Position numbers and translations under genes: made by a program
In this document: positions 1 to 14,083 of the stretch, piece after piece
Position numbering within the stretch: position 1 is the stretch's first letter
Layout of the letters: every line of letters starts with the position of its first letter
Source: the human T2T-CHM13v2.0 reference genome, Homo sapiens
Assembly (NCBI RefSeq): GCF_009914755.1
Contig: NC_060929.1
Reading direction: 5' to 3' (one strand)
Length of the DNA: 64,000 bases
The notes under the pieces: generated by a model
Databases searched by the model: none
The model's input: only the letters and a program-made list of their open reading frames with translations
What the model was told of the DNA's origin: nothing

Positions 1-934
1 ACATCTAAAATGTTGTGGCTCTTGCCAGAGGTGAGATTTTTCCTTTCGCATCCTAACAGATGGACTCAATGCAGAGCACTTAGGCAGCTGCTATTACAGA
101 AAGTGGCTCTACACCTCTCCTAAGAGCTTTAGAAGGGCAACAAAGGTAGAATGTGGTGGTTCTGTGGTTTTACTTATTTTGTGCTCAGTGTCTCTGAAAA
201 TCAGACATATAACTATCACATTTTAACTGTACCAGCATGAAAGAAGCAGAGCATTATTGAATCAACAGGGTTCAAAATGCCCCCAATATATACATTTTTT
301 TTCTCTCCAGGCAGAACATAAGCCCTGGTGTCTTGTCCTTGATTCTTGAGAATGACATTCAATATTTGCCTTAAAAATTCCCCTTCATTCATCCTGTTTA
401 CACAAATGATACAGTTATGTGAAACACACACCAGACACATTGCATTTTCTTTCTAATCTCATTTGACCGTGTTCAGGCACAACAAATCTTAATCAGCTGA
501 CGGGAGAAATTGGATGCTGCATGCCACTCTCTCCCTCCAGCAACACATTTCCCTCTGTTTATGCCCAATGAGGCAGTTAGATGAAGGGTGTCCTGGTCTC
601 ATGGTGAAGCAAGCGCCACGATGACAGAGGGCAATGGGAAATGCAGCAGACATTCATGGGAAATTGTATTCGTTGCTCAAGGAGACCAGCCAGCCACAAA
701 CATCACCAGAACTGCAGGACAGAAGCTGAGTCCAATGACCCTCAAGAAGGAAGGTGCCTCACCCTGATCCCACTGAAATCCAATCATATGCGCTTGCCCG
801 CCGCTGGTTAGCCTGATTCTTCAGCAACTTCAGGGGAGGATGCTTGGGAAGGGTCCTACCCATGAGAGCTGGGTTTCCTCTCCTCTAATATTGATTGTCT
901 GTCGCCTATTCTACTGTGTTTTCCTCGATCCTAG

Positions 935-1241
935 TTTTTTTTTTTTTTTTTTTTTCTGAGACAAGAGTCTCGCTCTGTCGCCCAGGCTGGAGTGGAGTGG
1001 CGCGATCTCGGCTCATGGAAGCTCCGCCTCCCGAGTTCACGCCATTCTCCTGCCTCAGCCTCCGGAGTAGCTGGGACTACAGGCGCCCGCTACCACGCCT
1101 GGCCAGTTTTTTGTATTTTGTTCAGTAGAGACAGGGTTTCACCGTGTTAGCCAGAATGGTCTCGATCTCCTGATCTCGTGATCTGCCCACCTCGGCCTCC
1201 CAAAGTGCTGGGATTACAGGTGTGAGCCACCGCGCCCGGCC
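935..1241 (-). mobile_element. AluY, full length
   Basis: AluY diagnostics (ttcacgccattctcc, ttagccagaatggtctcgatc), CpG-rich, poly-T tail, TSD cctc(g/a)atcctagttt on both sides. Confidence 0.95.
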
Positions 1242-1280
1242 CCTCAATCCTAGTTTTTTAATTTTAAAATATTTTACCTT

Positions 1281-1705
<425 letters not shown>

Positions 1706-2375
1706 CTATTCACTTTGAATGTATGGATCCTTTCAGGAAAGAAAACTGTCTTTGTACCCTGAATATGTGTATGCTAAAAACACACATTACTGTGCACAAT
1801 GTCCTGCGTAATTGTTTGTTTTTCACTTAATAATAGATGTTTGCACATTGGTCTAGTTCATCCAAGCACCAAATTTCTTGCCTGGAGTATTGGGGTATCT
1901 TCCTAATTGGCCTCCCTGCTCTACCCTAACCCTCTACAGTTCATTTCAGAAGGAACCTGCTAAAAGGTAAATCAGACCATGTACGTATTTGTTCAGACCT
2001 GTCCAGGGCCTTTCCCTTGCACTAGGAACAAAAGCCAAGCTCACTACCACCACCTGCCTCTGCAAGTTCTCCCCCAACATACTCATTGCTCACCGTGCTC
2101 CAGTCACCTGCTCCTCATAACGGGCCAGGCTTGGTCCTAGCTCAGGGCCTTTGTACTTCCCATTCCCTCTGCCCAGAATTATGCATTTATTTTCTGCCTC
2201 TAGGTTATTTGCCTGGCTGGCTCTTTCCTGTTATTCTTGTCTCAGCTCAGGCCACCTGCAGCCTGACCACCCGTTCTAAATCAGCCCCTTATCACTGTCT
2301 TTTTACATCTCCCACTTTCTTTTTCCTCATACTACTTACTACTTTCTCAAAATTATTGTATTCATAAAATGTTTA

Positions 2376-2727
<352 letters not shown>

Positions 2728-2828
2728 TTACTTACTTGTTCTGTCTCCCCTACCACATACACTGGAATACAAATTCCACAAGGAGAGCAGGACTTTGTCT
2801 TCTCACTGTTATATACTCAGTACCGAGA

Positions 2829-3028
2829 CCAGTGGTTCTCAAGCTCGAGTGTGCACTGGAATCACCTGGAGGATTTGTTAAAACACAGATTGCTGGGCTC
2901 CAACCTCAGAGTTTCTAATTCAGTAGATCTGGGGTGGGCCTACTGAAATAGAGTTTATATTTCTAATAAGTTTCTAACTGCTGCTACTGCTCCTGGTCCA
3001 GGGACTGCATTTTGAGAGCTACCAGTCT
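2829..3028. mobile_element. MER5A-type hAT-Charlie MITE
   Basis: cagtggttctcaa terminus, gaatcacctggag...ttaaaacacagattgctggg core. Confidence 0.8.
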
Positions 3029-3284
3029 TGACGATGCCTGGCATATAGTGGGTGTTGCATATACATTTATTACATGAATGCATGAGCCTGCACATAGGAT
3101 CTGCCACCTTCTTTGTAATGGCAGTTTTGTTTTCAGTTTATCATTTATTTATATTTATGGGACTATAGGCTGTGAACCTTGCCTCCTCAAAGTCTTTGTG
3201 ACAGGAAGGCCCCAAGTTTTGTCAGCTAAAATTGTGCACTATCTCCATTGATTTGTCAATTGATGATTAAAAACCTAAAGTTTA

Positions 3285-3600
<316 letters not shown>

Positions 3601-3896
3601 AGCTTTATAGACCCAAGAGGAACCATTGAGAGACTTCTCATTCTTTGCCTCAGCAGAACATCAAACCAAAAGATGGTGCAACTCTCACTTGACATGTGAC
3701 AGAGAACAGAGTGATCTCTCAGGCCTCCCCTGTAATGATTTAACAACTATCCTGTTGGTTTAGATTGGGTCTTGGTATATTGGAGTGTATGCAACATAAC
3801 CCCAAGCAGGTTATGAAATATAGAAAGCCTACTGGTTTTCCTGAGTCACAAAACCTCTTGAAAATCTTGACAAGATCTATAGCTCTATTCCCCAGG

Positions 3897-3961
3897 ACAC
3901 ACACACACACACGCACACACGCACACACACACACACACGCACAGACACACACACACACACA
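3897..3961. repeat. (CA)n microsatellite, imperfect
   Basis: Direct inspection. Confidence 0.95.
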
Positions 3962-4058
3962 GTTTTACATTTAATTTCAGGAAGTTACAAGATGCCCCAG
4001 GCACACTTTAACCCCAAATTAAGAACTTCTGGTTTAATAATTGTCTAGCTATTTGGCA

Positions 4059-4095
4059 AAAACAAACAAACAAACAAACAAACAAACAAACAAAC
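4059..4095. repeat. (AAAC)n microsatellite
   Basis: Direct inspection. Confidence 0.95.
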
Positions 4096-4519
4096 CCAAT
4101 CTGGATCCCCAGTTTCTTATTTAAATTCCTGATGAATCCGAGGTTTAAGTGTAAAGAGACAAGCCTTAGAGGAAAACATTAGTTAATAAGATTTATAATC
4201 TTAGAATGGGAAACACTTTTGGAAGCATGATTTAAAACCCAGAAGTGAAAATAAAGTAGTGAGACTGATTCTAAAAAATCTAAAATGTCTGTCCAGGAAA
4301 GAGGAAAAAAACTCTCCTGGTTTAGACTCTAAGGAGAAATTAATTGATCCTATCTTTTCCATCTATCTTCTTCTCAGTGGAATTGTGTGAGTGACCTATG
4401 GCCAGGCTCTATGGGACAAGACAAGCTTCTCAGAGCTTACAGGGTGAGATCACATCCTTTGGCAAAGCCCTGTCGCGGGGTTAATTATTTCAATAGCAGT
4501 GGTTTGGGTTTTTTAAATT

Positions 4520-4744
4520 ATTTATTTTTATTTTTTTATTTTTTGAGACAGAGTCTCACTCTGTCGCCCAGGCTGGAGTGCAGTGGAGTGATCTTGGCTC
4601 ACTGCAACCTCCACCTCCCAGGATTCAAGCTATTCTCCTGCCTCAGCCTCCCGAGTAGCTGGGATTACAGGCGTGCGCCACCACACCCGGCTAATTTTTG
4701 TATTTTTAGTAGAGACAGGGTTTCACCATATTGGCCAGGCTGGT
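4520..4744 (-). mobile_element. 5'-truncated AluS
   Basis: Right arm plus part of left arm; flanked by tggtttgggttttt(t)aaat at 4500 and 4741, with tggt microhomology at the truncation point. Confidence 0.9.
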
Positions 4745-4759
4745 TTGGGTTTTTAAATG

Positions 4760-5260
4760 ACTTTATTGAGATATACTTCACATACTCTGAAGTTCACCCA
4801 TTTAAAATGTACAATTAAGTGGTTTTGGTATATTTACAAAGTTGTGCGGCCATCACAACTATAATTTTAGAATATTTTTGTCACCCCCCAAAGAAACCCC
4901 ATATCCATTAGCAGTTCATTCCCCATTCCTCCCTCCTGCCAGGCCTAAGCAACCACTCATCTACTTTCTGTCTCTATAGATTTTCCTGTTCTGGCCGTTT
5001 CATATAAATGGAATCAAACAACATGAGCATTTTTCCTTTAGTGTGATGTCCTCAAGGTTCTTCTGTATTGGAGAACATATCAACATTTCTTTCCTTTTTA
5101 TTGCTGAATAATATTTCATTGCATGGATACACCACATTTTATTTCTCTGTTCATCAGCTGATGAACATTTGGGGTGTTTCTTCTGTTTGGCTATTATTAT
5201 ACTGTTGTTATTCATGGGCAAGTTTTTGTGTGAACATGTGTTCATTTCTCTTGGGTCTAG
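4760..5260 (-). mobile_element. Old L1 (L1MB/ME-type) 3' end
   Basis: Minus ORF 5000-5245 resembles the ORF2 C-terminus (PKCSS.DE..NKMWCIHAMKYYSAIKRKE). Confidence 0.85.
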
Positions 5261-5300
5261 CAGTGTTTTTTTTTTCTCTTAAAGATTTACCCGAAGAATT

Positions 5301-5324
5301 TATCTATATCTCTATCTATCTATA

Positions 5325-5374
<50 letters not shown>

Positions 5375-5382
5375 GTCTATCT
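5301..5382. repeat. (TATC)n/GATA tetranucleotide STR
   Basis: Direct inspection. Confidence 0.95.
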
Positions 5383-6289
5383 GCCTCTCTGTATATATGT
5401 ATTCCCCCCCACCCTGCCCACCATCATAACCTCATGGAGAACCAAGCAGATTTGGGTTCTAAAGACCTCAGATCTCTTACATTCCTGGCCTGGGACCTTC
5501 TGTGCAAAGGTCACGACTCACTCTCACTATGCCTCAGTTGTGCTATCAATGGAAGGAAGGTGAGAACACCAGCTCTTTCACACTGCCACAGGATATTGTA
5601 AAGATAAAGGAAATGACGTAAATCAATAGGATCTGCTCTTTCCAAGATATGAAGCCATATGAATAGGCCAGTGTGCATCAAAGAAACAAGATACACTTGA
5701 ACCAAAAGTTTTGCCAGCACAAAGATGACTGCATCAGCCGAGTCCAGTGGCTTGATGTGGGGGCATAGATGGTACAAGAAATCACCATCTCAAGATTTTG
5801 GTGTTCTTTGAGATCAGAATTTGGTTGCCTTCCAAATCCTGCCAAACACCCTGAGGGAGGACCCCAGCTTGGTCACCCTGGTGGCGGGTAGGAGAAAGGG
5901 CAGGGCCATAATGTACTGACCGGCAGCCCAAGGGGCAAGCTTAAATTCTAAAGCCTACCCTCTAGCCAACATTTCCCGCAAAGACCACCCTACCCCCGTT
6001 TAATTAAAAAGCACCCTACTCTCTGCAGAGTCCCAGAGACACCTCTTTTTGTGAAATCCCTGACATTCCTGTAGGCTCTGGGGCAGGGGAGTGACCCCTC
6101 ACCCCTGGGTAGAATCTAATAAGAACTTCCCAGTAGAGGTACTGGGCACCCAGGTGGCAGAAGAGGGGTCTAAAATACATGTACTTCTTCCTGCTCTCTG
6201 ACCCATCACCTGTGCCCTTTGCTCTTTAAACTCAGGCAGCAGGAAATTCTACTGATAGGTGTGTAAATGATTAGTGGAATAGGAAATGA

Positions 6290-6495
6290 GAAGGTGGCAT
6301 CCTGGGTTATAGTCTGCACATCACCACTTACTAGATGTATAATTTAGGATAAGTAACTCATTTCTTTGAGACTTGGTTTACCCATCTGCTAAATGGGATA
6401 ATAGCAGTACTTGCCTCGTAGGGTCATTGTGAGGATTACCTGAGATGATGCCTGTAGGGACTCCAGCATACCATCTGTGTTTGCTATAGTTATTA
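6290..6495. mobile_element. MIR
   Basis: MIR core (catctgctaaatgggataatagcagtacttgcctcgtagggtcattgtgaggatta). Confidence 0.75.
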
Positions 6496-6528
6496 TATTA
6501 CTTCTAAAGTCAGAATTAAAGACCTCAA

Positions 6529-6855
<327 letters not shown>

Positions 6856-6929
6856 ATTAACGACCCCAAGTAATCCATCCATTCTCCCTAATCTATTTAG
6901 GAAGACTCATTTTCTATTGGTCAATTAAC

Positions 6930-7330
6930 TGGATGCACTTAATCAAGCACCTAGTATCTATTAGCTACCACAGAGAGGGCTTGGGAATGAAACTTAATTT
7001 TCCCGCAAGAATGGAGAATTCAAGCTGTGAGAGAAACTAAGATACATGAAGTTCTTAAAGAACATATAAACAGTAAACTGCAATCCTGACAGTCAATGCC
7101 ATTCTGATTCAGAGAGGGGAGACAGCAGGAAAGTCTGGAAGGGCCAGATAAGGCCTCAGAGGGGAGACAGCACCAAGGTGGGCCCTCACAAGTCAAGATG
7201 AGTTCACAGCAGAAGAGGAGAGGGAGACAGAACTGGGCAAGGGTGGGTGAGGGAGAAGGGAGACCCATGTGAGCATGGGCAATTTGGGAGCCCAGGTGGG
7301 TCTGGGCCTGGTGCATGGTCTGGGAGCTAA
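6930..7330. mobile_element. L2 fragment
   Basis: Degenerate L2 3' motifs (aagcacctagtat...; ggaagggccagataaggcctcagagg). Confidence 0.5.
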
Positions 7331-7509
7331 GCCACAGACAAGCATCCTGCTGTCTTTCCTACTCTCAAGGATCTCTAGGAATAACATGCCATGGAGTCTT
7401 TTAGTCACCTTTTCCACTAATAATTATCCTTCCTATGAGAACTTCTGTCACTAATACATTTTTATGGCATGTAAGAGGGAGGAGCTGCTATCAGATGAGC
7501 TTTGAGTCA

Positions 7510-8040
7510 ATCTAGACCATTGCAAAAAAGCAACATAGAGTGGCAACCATTGACTTCGGCCACCCTGCATCTAGCCCCCTTTGTCCTGGGATGAGAACTC
7601 TGATCATTTCTGGGGAAACACCCCTTCATTGCTTTCAGTCCATGCAGTTTTGGGGATGGGAATGACTCCATGCCCATGGCAAGGATGGGTACAGTACCCA
7701 CATTCGTTCTATGAGATTGACCCTGAGATTCTAGCTAGAACTAGAAAGGGAAGCACCTGTTCTTGTACGGTGCTGTGCTAGTAGGATGTCAGCTGGGAGG
7801 TGCTGCAGCCATGTGGCCTTCACAATGGGCAGGTCTTCCTGGAAACAGAAGGACGCAGGGGAGGCAAAGCCAAGATATGGAAAGACAGCTTCATGATGCC
7901 ATCATCTAGGCCCCTGGATCTCATGATACCAAAACCTTGCTTTTTCAGGCACATGAGTTAATAAAAAAATCCTCTTTTTGCCTAAATCTCTTCAAACTGG
8001 GTTTCAGTCCATGGTTACTAAATGAATCCTGACTTATTCA
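7510..8040 (+). mobile_element. Old MaLR LTR (MLT1 group)
   Basis: gctgcagccatgtggcc, cccctggatc, AATAAA then tttttgcctaa...gggtttcagt...tgacttattca end. Confidence 0.6.
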
Positions 8041-10974
8041 AGTAATGACCTTGTTCCTACCAGAATTTTGTTGGTTGCTTCTTAGCATGGGTATTTGTAG
8101 TCCATAGCCCAGGGGCAGACTACATCCAGGATAACAGTTTGTGTGTGGAAGTGATAGTGGCGTCTATCCATATCCCTAAATGGATATAGGTACATGTTCT
8201 ATGAGGAGGCATTATAGGGGAGACCGAGGCTGCAAAATCTGTTTCTCCTCTTTGTCTCTGAAGTCTGTGTACAGAGCAATTTTCCCCAAACCCCTGATTT
8301 TATTCCTCTTGTTTTCAACCAGAGAAAGGAACTCTTGAATCTGTTAAGTATGTTTTGCAGGGCTCTAAGAAATCAGGAAGAGATGGGGAAGGGAGGTGAT
8401 GGGGAAAAAGAGGCTCTGCATGTCTCATTTTTGTTTTTTCCTTTTTGCCAACGACAAAGAATCAGCTGGCATCCTTTTATTTTCTATTTCATTCAGTGCT
8501 TTTTAAAATGAAGCATTAAGTCTACTGTAATGGGATTTGTCTAATGATTTCCTGGTAAACGTCTTCTTGGATCTCAGCAAAGATAATTCACTTAGTAGGA
8601 ACCATTTCCTGCTTCCCCACTAAGAACCAGACCTACCCAGTTCTTTCTGGGAGTGAATTGGCCTTTGAATGAGAGAAGGCAGTACAGGAATATTTCACTC
8701 TAGCATTCATCACATAGACTCAAGCTTGCCACAGACCCAGATCAGGGAGGAGAACAGGAAGGCGGGGGTGAGGGAGAACGTTCACGCTGAGCACAACATG
8801 AAGCCAAGCAGAAAGTCTGTAGCAATCTGAGCCCTTTGCAGAAACAGATGCACTCACCTCTTTGCCTTGGCTCTGGGGTGCTTTCTTTCTGGGGCAGTGA
8901 CAGCTTCTGCAATGTCCACACTGTTCTACCAGGACAGCTGCAGGCAGGCTGCTGCAGGAGGAAGGGAGTTCCCATTCACCATCAGAAGGGAGTGTCCTCC
9001 CAGAAAAGGAGGCGATGCCCTGATTCCCCTGGAGCGAAGGCTGTTGGATCCACTTGTCCTCTCTCTCCTGCTCCCTTTCTGGTATGAATGGAGCTCAGAG
9101 AAACCCCATGAGAAGAACTGAGTGAAACCACACACCATACCCACCCACCTGTTAGTAGGTTGGCCTCCTAGCCTTGGGGATCCTGGAGAGGAAGGCTGCC
9201 GAGTGGGTCATGAGGCACTTGGGCCCCTACAAGTGCAGCTGACACTGGTATGCCCACAGAAAGGCTAAGGACAAGCACTGTATATTTATTTCTCCCCCTC
9301 TCATGTGATCTTATTTTTGGACTGGACACAAAAGCTATTTGGGGGCTGGACAGCTGCCAGGTGAAAGGACAATGATCTCATCCGAATTCTCTCCATGCCT
9401 CTCTCTGCACTAGTCCCTGTTACCTTTCCCAATATGAGGCAGAAGGGAGCGGGTTTTGCTCTGAGCCTTACTTTCAGTACATCCAAGCAATGTGTCCAAC
9501 TTATCATTTTTCTTCAATTAGCTGATTGCTACCTTTTGAGGTTTCACAGAGGATCAACGTAATGAACGAAGTCCTTACTTTTATGTCTGAGGCAGGTGAG
9601 TATTTCTGAGTCTGGTGGTCGTGTCACACAGTCATCATACACACTATTTTAGATGCAAAGATCCTCTTTTCAACACCAGGATGGGAGCCCCGACCCTGAA
9701 AGGCAGATGTGGGCAACGCCACAGAGCTAGGCTCTCAATGTGTTGATTCTGCCTTCTGCCCTGGCTGTTTCTGCCTCTGGCTCCTAGGCTTGTAAAACTT
9801 ACAACATTGAGACAGTTTGATTTTTCACCTCTGATCCTTCCTCTTCAGACATGAATGGAAAGTTTTGAAAATGTCATGCCTGGCAAGATGCCAATTCAAT
9901 ATCGTCCTCTTCACCATTATCACTGTTATTTACTGGGCTCTTTCTTGCTGAATGCCCTTCATTTGAGGAGTACTTCTGCATTCTTGTATTTAATCCTCAC
10001 AACACCGCTGCCAGGAGGGTAAGATTGCTCCTATTTGATATCCAGGGAAGCTGAGGTTTGGAAAGGCTCCTCACCTAAGCTTTGGAGAGGGTAGAGTGGG
10101 ATGGGAACTCCCGACTGTCTGAGCTCTTGGCCACTTTGCCCTACCGTCTCCTGAAGATGTGAATCGTTGACATTTCACTGTTGTTTTCACTTCATAAGAG
10201 GGAAAACAAAACCCTTAGGGTTGATTCAGACCCACAACTTCAATCCTTGATTTCTGTTCCAAATCCAGTTATTGAAGGGGAGAGAAAATAAGGTTTTCAC
10301 CTGTTTACAGTCCCAGGCCCTGGTTCTAGGTACAGGATGGAGTCTCTGGCCACCATTCTCGTTGGAGCCATTTTCCTGTGAATAATTCGTTGTGCAAACA
10401 CACACACCAGAGAGGACTGGGCTGGGCCGCCCAGGCCGGGTTCCCACTGTATCCAAGCTGGACTGCACTTTCCACTACCCTGAGAAAGAGACAGAGAGAT
10501 TGAACCAACAGCTTGTCCAACACTGCCCTCTGCAGGTCACTGGGCTGCATTACCCCAGATGGGAGTCTGCAAGGCTTTCCAAAGAGGAGGGCCACACCAA
10601 GGATTATTTTTAGACAATCAGTTAGTTCTCCATTTCTGCAGCTACTCTTTCCTAAACCTGGTTTGCCTGAGCACGTGTCTGTGTTCATAACCCTTCCCCT
10701 ACTGTATGAAAGGAAATCATACCTGTCAGTCTTCACAAATCTTAATAAGGTGCCATTGCCCCAAGTATAAAAATATCAAAGTCCCCAAACTAGGAACTTC
10801 CTTTAATACTTTAATTCAGTCTTTTTTAATGATTAATTAGGCATTTTTTAATTCAACAACTTTGCTTTTCCTTCCTTGAATATTGAGGGACAGAACTGTG
10901 GAAGCAAATCAAAGAGAATATTAGAAATAATAACAGATTAATAGGTACACTTGAAGAATGATGCCACAGTTTAA

Positions 10975-11277
<303 letters not shown>

Positions 11278-11475
11278 TAATTTTTAAATTCCAGCTTTAT
11301 AATATATTAGAAATTATGCTCTTGAAACCATATAAACTTAATGATGAAAATTAACATAAATGTTTAAATGTGGGTATATGTAACATTGTTTTTCAAAATT
11401 GTTTTAGAAGGTACAAGAACAATTTGTGAAGTCTGCTGTACCCTTGGGCTGGCTATTGCTGACTGATATTAGGTT

Positions 11476-11713
11476 GCCATCTATCCATCCATTCATCCAG
11501 CCATTCCTCAAATACCCATTGAGCACCTACTGTGTGCCAGGCCTTGTTTTAGGCACTAGATATAAAAATAGTGAGCAAAAAATGGCATGTTCCATGGCAA
11601 ATTCTTAGTGATGGCCTCCTCTAGGAAGCTCAGGGAGGGAAACAGATTATGGATACACTTTTAATAATTAATTCAATAAATGTAAGAATTCAACAGTGAT
11701 AAGCACTACTAAG
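11476..11713. mobile_element. L2 3' end (continues after the LTR at 12265)
   Basis: catccattcatcc...ttgagcacctactgtgtgccaggc, typical L2 tail. Confidence 0.8.
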
Positions 11714-12264
11714 TGTTCTGTGCGGGAAACGTGTGAGGGGAGAAGAAAAGGCACACACAATACTTTTGAATCCCATATAACTAGCAATGCAGATATAATA
11801 AGCAAATGATATAATAAGCAAATTGCAATGGGAAAGGGAGAAGAAAAAAAAATATATATATATATATTTATACCACCAGACTATGGAGGATTCATCACCA
11901 GGCCAGGAAGCAATAGCCTGGACTCCAGAGTCAGCCACTCATCTGTGCACAGACGAGGAGAGGTCTGTGAAGCTTCGGCACAGTCTGGGACTCTAGCTCT
12001 TTTGTAACGAGTTGTTTGGCATGAGGTCCAGTCACGAGGGCCCTTCGCAACTGGGCTCAAGGAACACAAAAAGGTCAACTTGTTTTTGTGATTGTCTGTT
12101 ATTTTTCAATAACTAATGTATAGGAATAGATTGAAATGGAGATTTCTCCGAAACTGTGCTGGATGAATGCCTCAAGGGGTTCACACAACCTGTTCCGGGA
12201 GTTGGTGACCATTGTTTGTGTCCACGTTCAATTGAGTTCAAATTTAATATTTTTTTCCTCCACA
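11714..12264 (-). mobile_element. Solo ERV LTR, probably ERVL class (LTR66-like; name tentative)
   Basis: TG...CA termini, 5-bp TSD ctaag/ccaag, homologous to 22671-23386 in opposite orientation. Confidence 0.8.
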
Positions 12265-12532
12265 CCAAGGAGAGGTATTTGGTAATTAGAGAATGAATAA
12301 TGGAGATTAACAATGTATAATGAAGATTATTATACATTATAATCCTCATGTATATATACATGAGTTGATGGGGGAGGCATCAGGGAAGGTAGCCCTGGAG
12401 AAACGAAATCCAAACCAAAAATAAGGTATCCAAGAATCTCTATGAAAAAACTGTGAAGACCCAGGAAAAAAAGGCCTCTATAACATGAGAGGATCAGGGA
12501 GAAGTAGGATCAACGTTTTTAGAGTTAGTTGG

Positions 12533-12915
12533 GGTTTTGTTTGTTTGTTTTGTTTGAGTTGGAGTCTCACTCTGTCGCCCAGGCTGGAGTGTGGTGGTGC
12601 GATCTTGGCTCACTGCAACCTCCACCTCCTGGGTCCAAGCAATTCTCCTGCCTCAGCCTTCCCCAGTAGCTGGGATTACAGGCCTGGCACACAGTGGGTG
12701 CTCAATAGGTATTTGAGGAATAGGTGGATAAATGGATGGATAGATGGCTGGGATTACAGGTGCCACCATGCCCAGATCATTTTTTTTGTATTTTTAATAG
12801 AGACGGGGTTTCTCTATGTTGGCCAGGTTGGTCTCGAACTCCTGACCTCAAATGATCCGCTGGCCTCAGCCTCCCAAAGTGCTGGGATTACAGGCATGAG
12901 CCACCGTGCCCAGCC
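12533..12915 (-). mobile_element. AluS containing a 69-bp foreign insert
   Basis: Alu dimer interrupted at 12680-12748; gctgggattacagg duplicated around the insert. Confidence 0.95.
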
Positions 12916-12977
12916 TAGAGTTAGCTGTTTTCATAAAGGGCCTTTGCCCTTACGCAACTTCAACCCGTATTAAAAAT

Positions 12978-13188
12978 CAGTGGTTCTCAATCAGGAGCGA
13001 TTTTTCCCCAGGGGATATTTAGCAGTTTCTGCAGACATTGTTAGTTGTTGCATCTGGGGTTGTTCTAGTGGCATCTAGTGAGTAGAGGTCAGGGATGGTG
13101 GTAAACTTTCTACAATGCTCAGGACAGCTCCCCATAACAAAGAATTACCTGGCCCTAACAGTCCATAGTGCTGGGGTTGAAAAATCCT
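12978..13188. mobile_element. MER20 (hAT-Charlie)
   Basis: cagtggttctcaa...tggcatctagtgagtagaggtcagggatg...acaaagaattacctggccc. Confidence 0.85.
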
Positions 13189-13774
13189 ATCATAAATGGG
13201 GGCAGGGCAGGCCTGACAAGTGTCTATAGTGGTTGTGGATTCACTTGTTTATGCATTCATGCATTCAGCAAATACTTATTGAGTGCCCACTATGTTTTAA
13301 ACACCATTCTGGGCATAGTTGAAGCCCACCTGTCACCCATTAACCAAAAATAACCATCTCAAATAGCTAGCCTGGTTGTGTTCCTTTGTTACTCAGCTTA
13401 ACATTTTTACCATTAGAATGGTGACAAAGCTGGTCTTATTGCCTGAAGAAAGAAGATATTGAAATGCATGGATATTATTTGCAAGGATGGTCACTGAAGA
13501 ATTGTTTGCAATTGTGGAAACAACCTAAGTGTCAACAGAATGGTTGCCTAACTGTGATACAGTGGTACTATGGCATACTAAGCTGCCAATGAAAAAGAAA
13601 GGCAAATCTCTTTGTGGTAACATGGAAAACAACCATGGAGATATTATCAGCTGGAATTTTTTTTCAGAATTGCAGGTAGAATATGATTGATGAGATGTGT
13701 GTTTTTTTAAATTGGTGTGTATGTGTGTGTGTGTTTGCATGTGCATGCAATTGCTGGAGAAATTCTCACCAAAT

Positions 13775-14083
13775 TCTTTTTTTTTTTTTTTTTTTTTAAT
13801 AAAAAGCAGAGTCTTGCTCTGTCGCCCAGGCTGGAGTGCCGTGGCGTGATCTTGGCTCACTGCAAGCTCCGCCTCCTGGGTTCATGCCATTCTCCTGCCT
13901 CAGCCTCCTGAGTAGCTGGGATTACAGGCACCCACCATCACACCTGGCTAATTTTTTGTATTTTTAGTAGAGATGGGGTTTCACTGTGTTAGCCAGGATG
14001 CTCTCGATCTCCTGACCTCGTGATCTGCCCTCCTTGGCCTCCCAAAGTGCTGGGATTACAGGCGTGAGCCACCGCACCTGGCC
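13775..14083 (-). mobile_element. AluY/Sc-type
   Basis: gcaagctccgcctcc, ttagccaggatg; TSD ctcaccaaattct. Confidence 0.95.

Noticed and set aside
12485-12973. Longest ORF (162 aa) and other ORFs with [13 protein letters not shown] or [13 protein letters not shown] motifs
   Set aside because: Translations of antisense Alu sequence, not genes.
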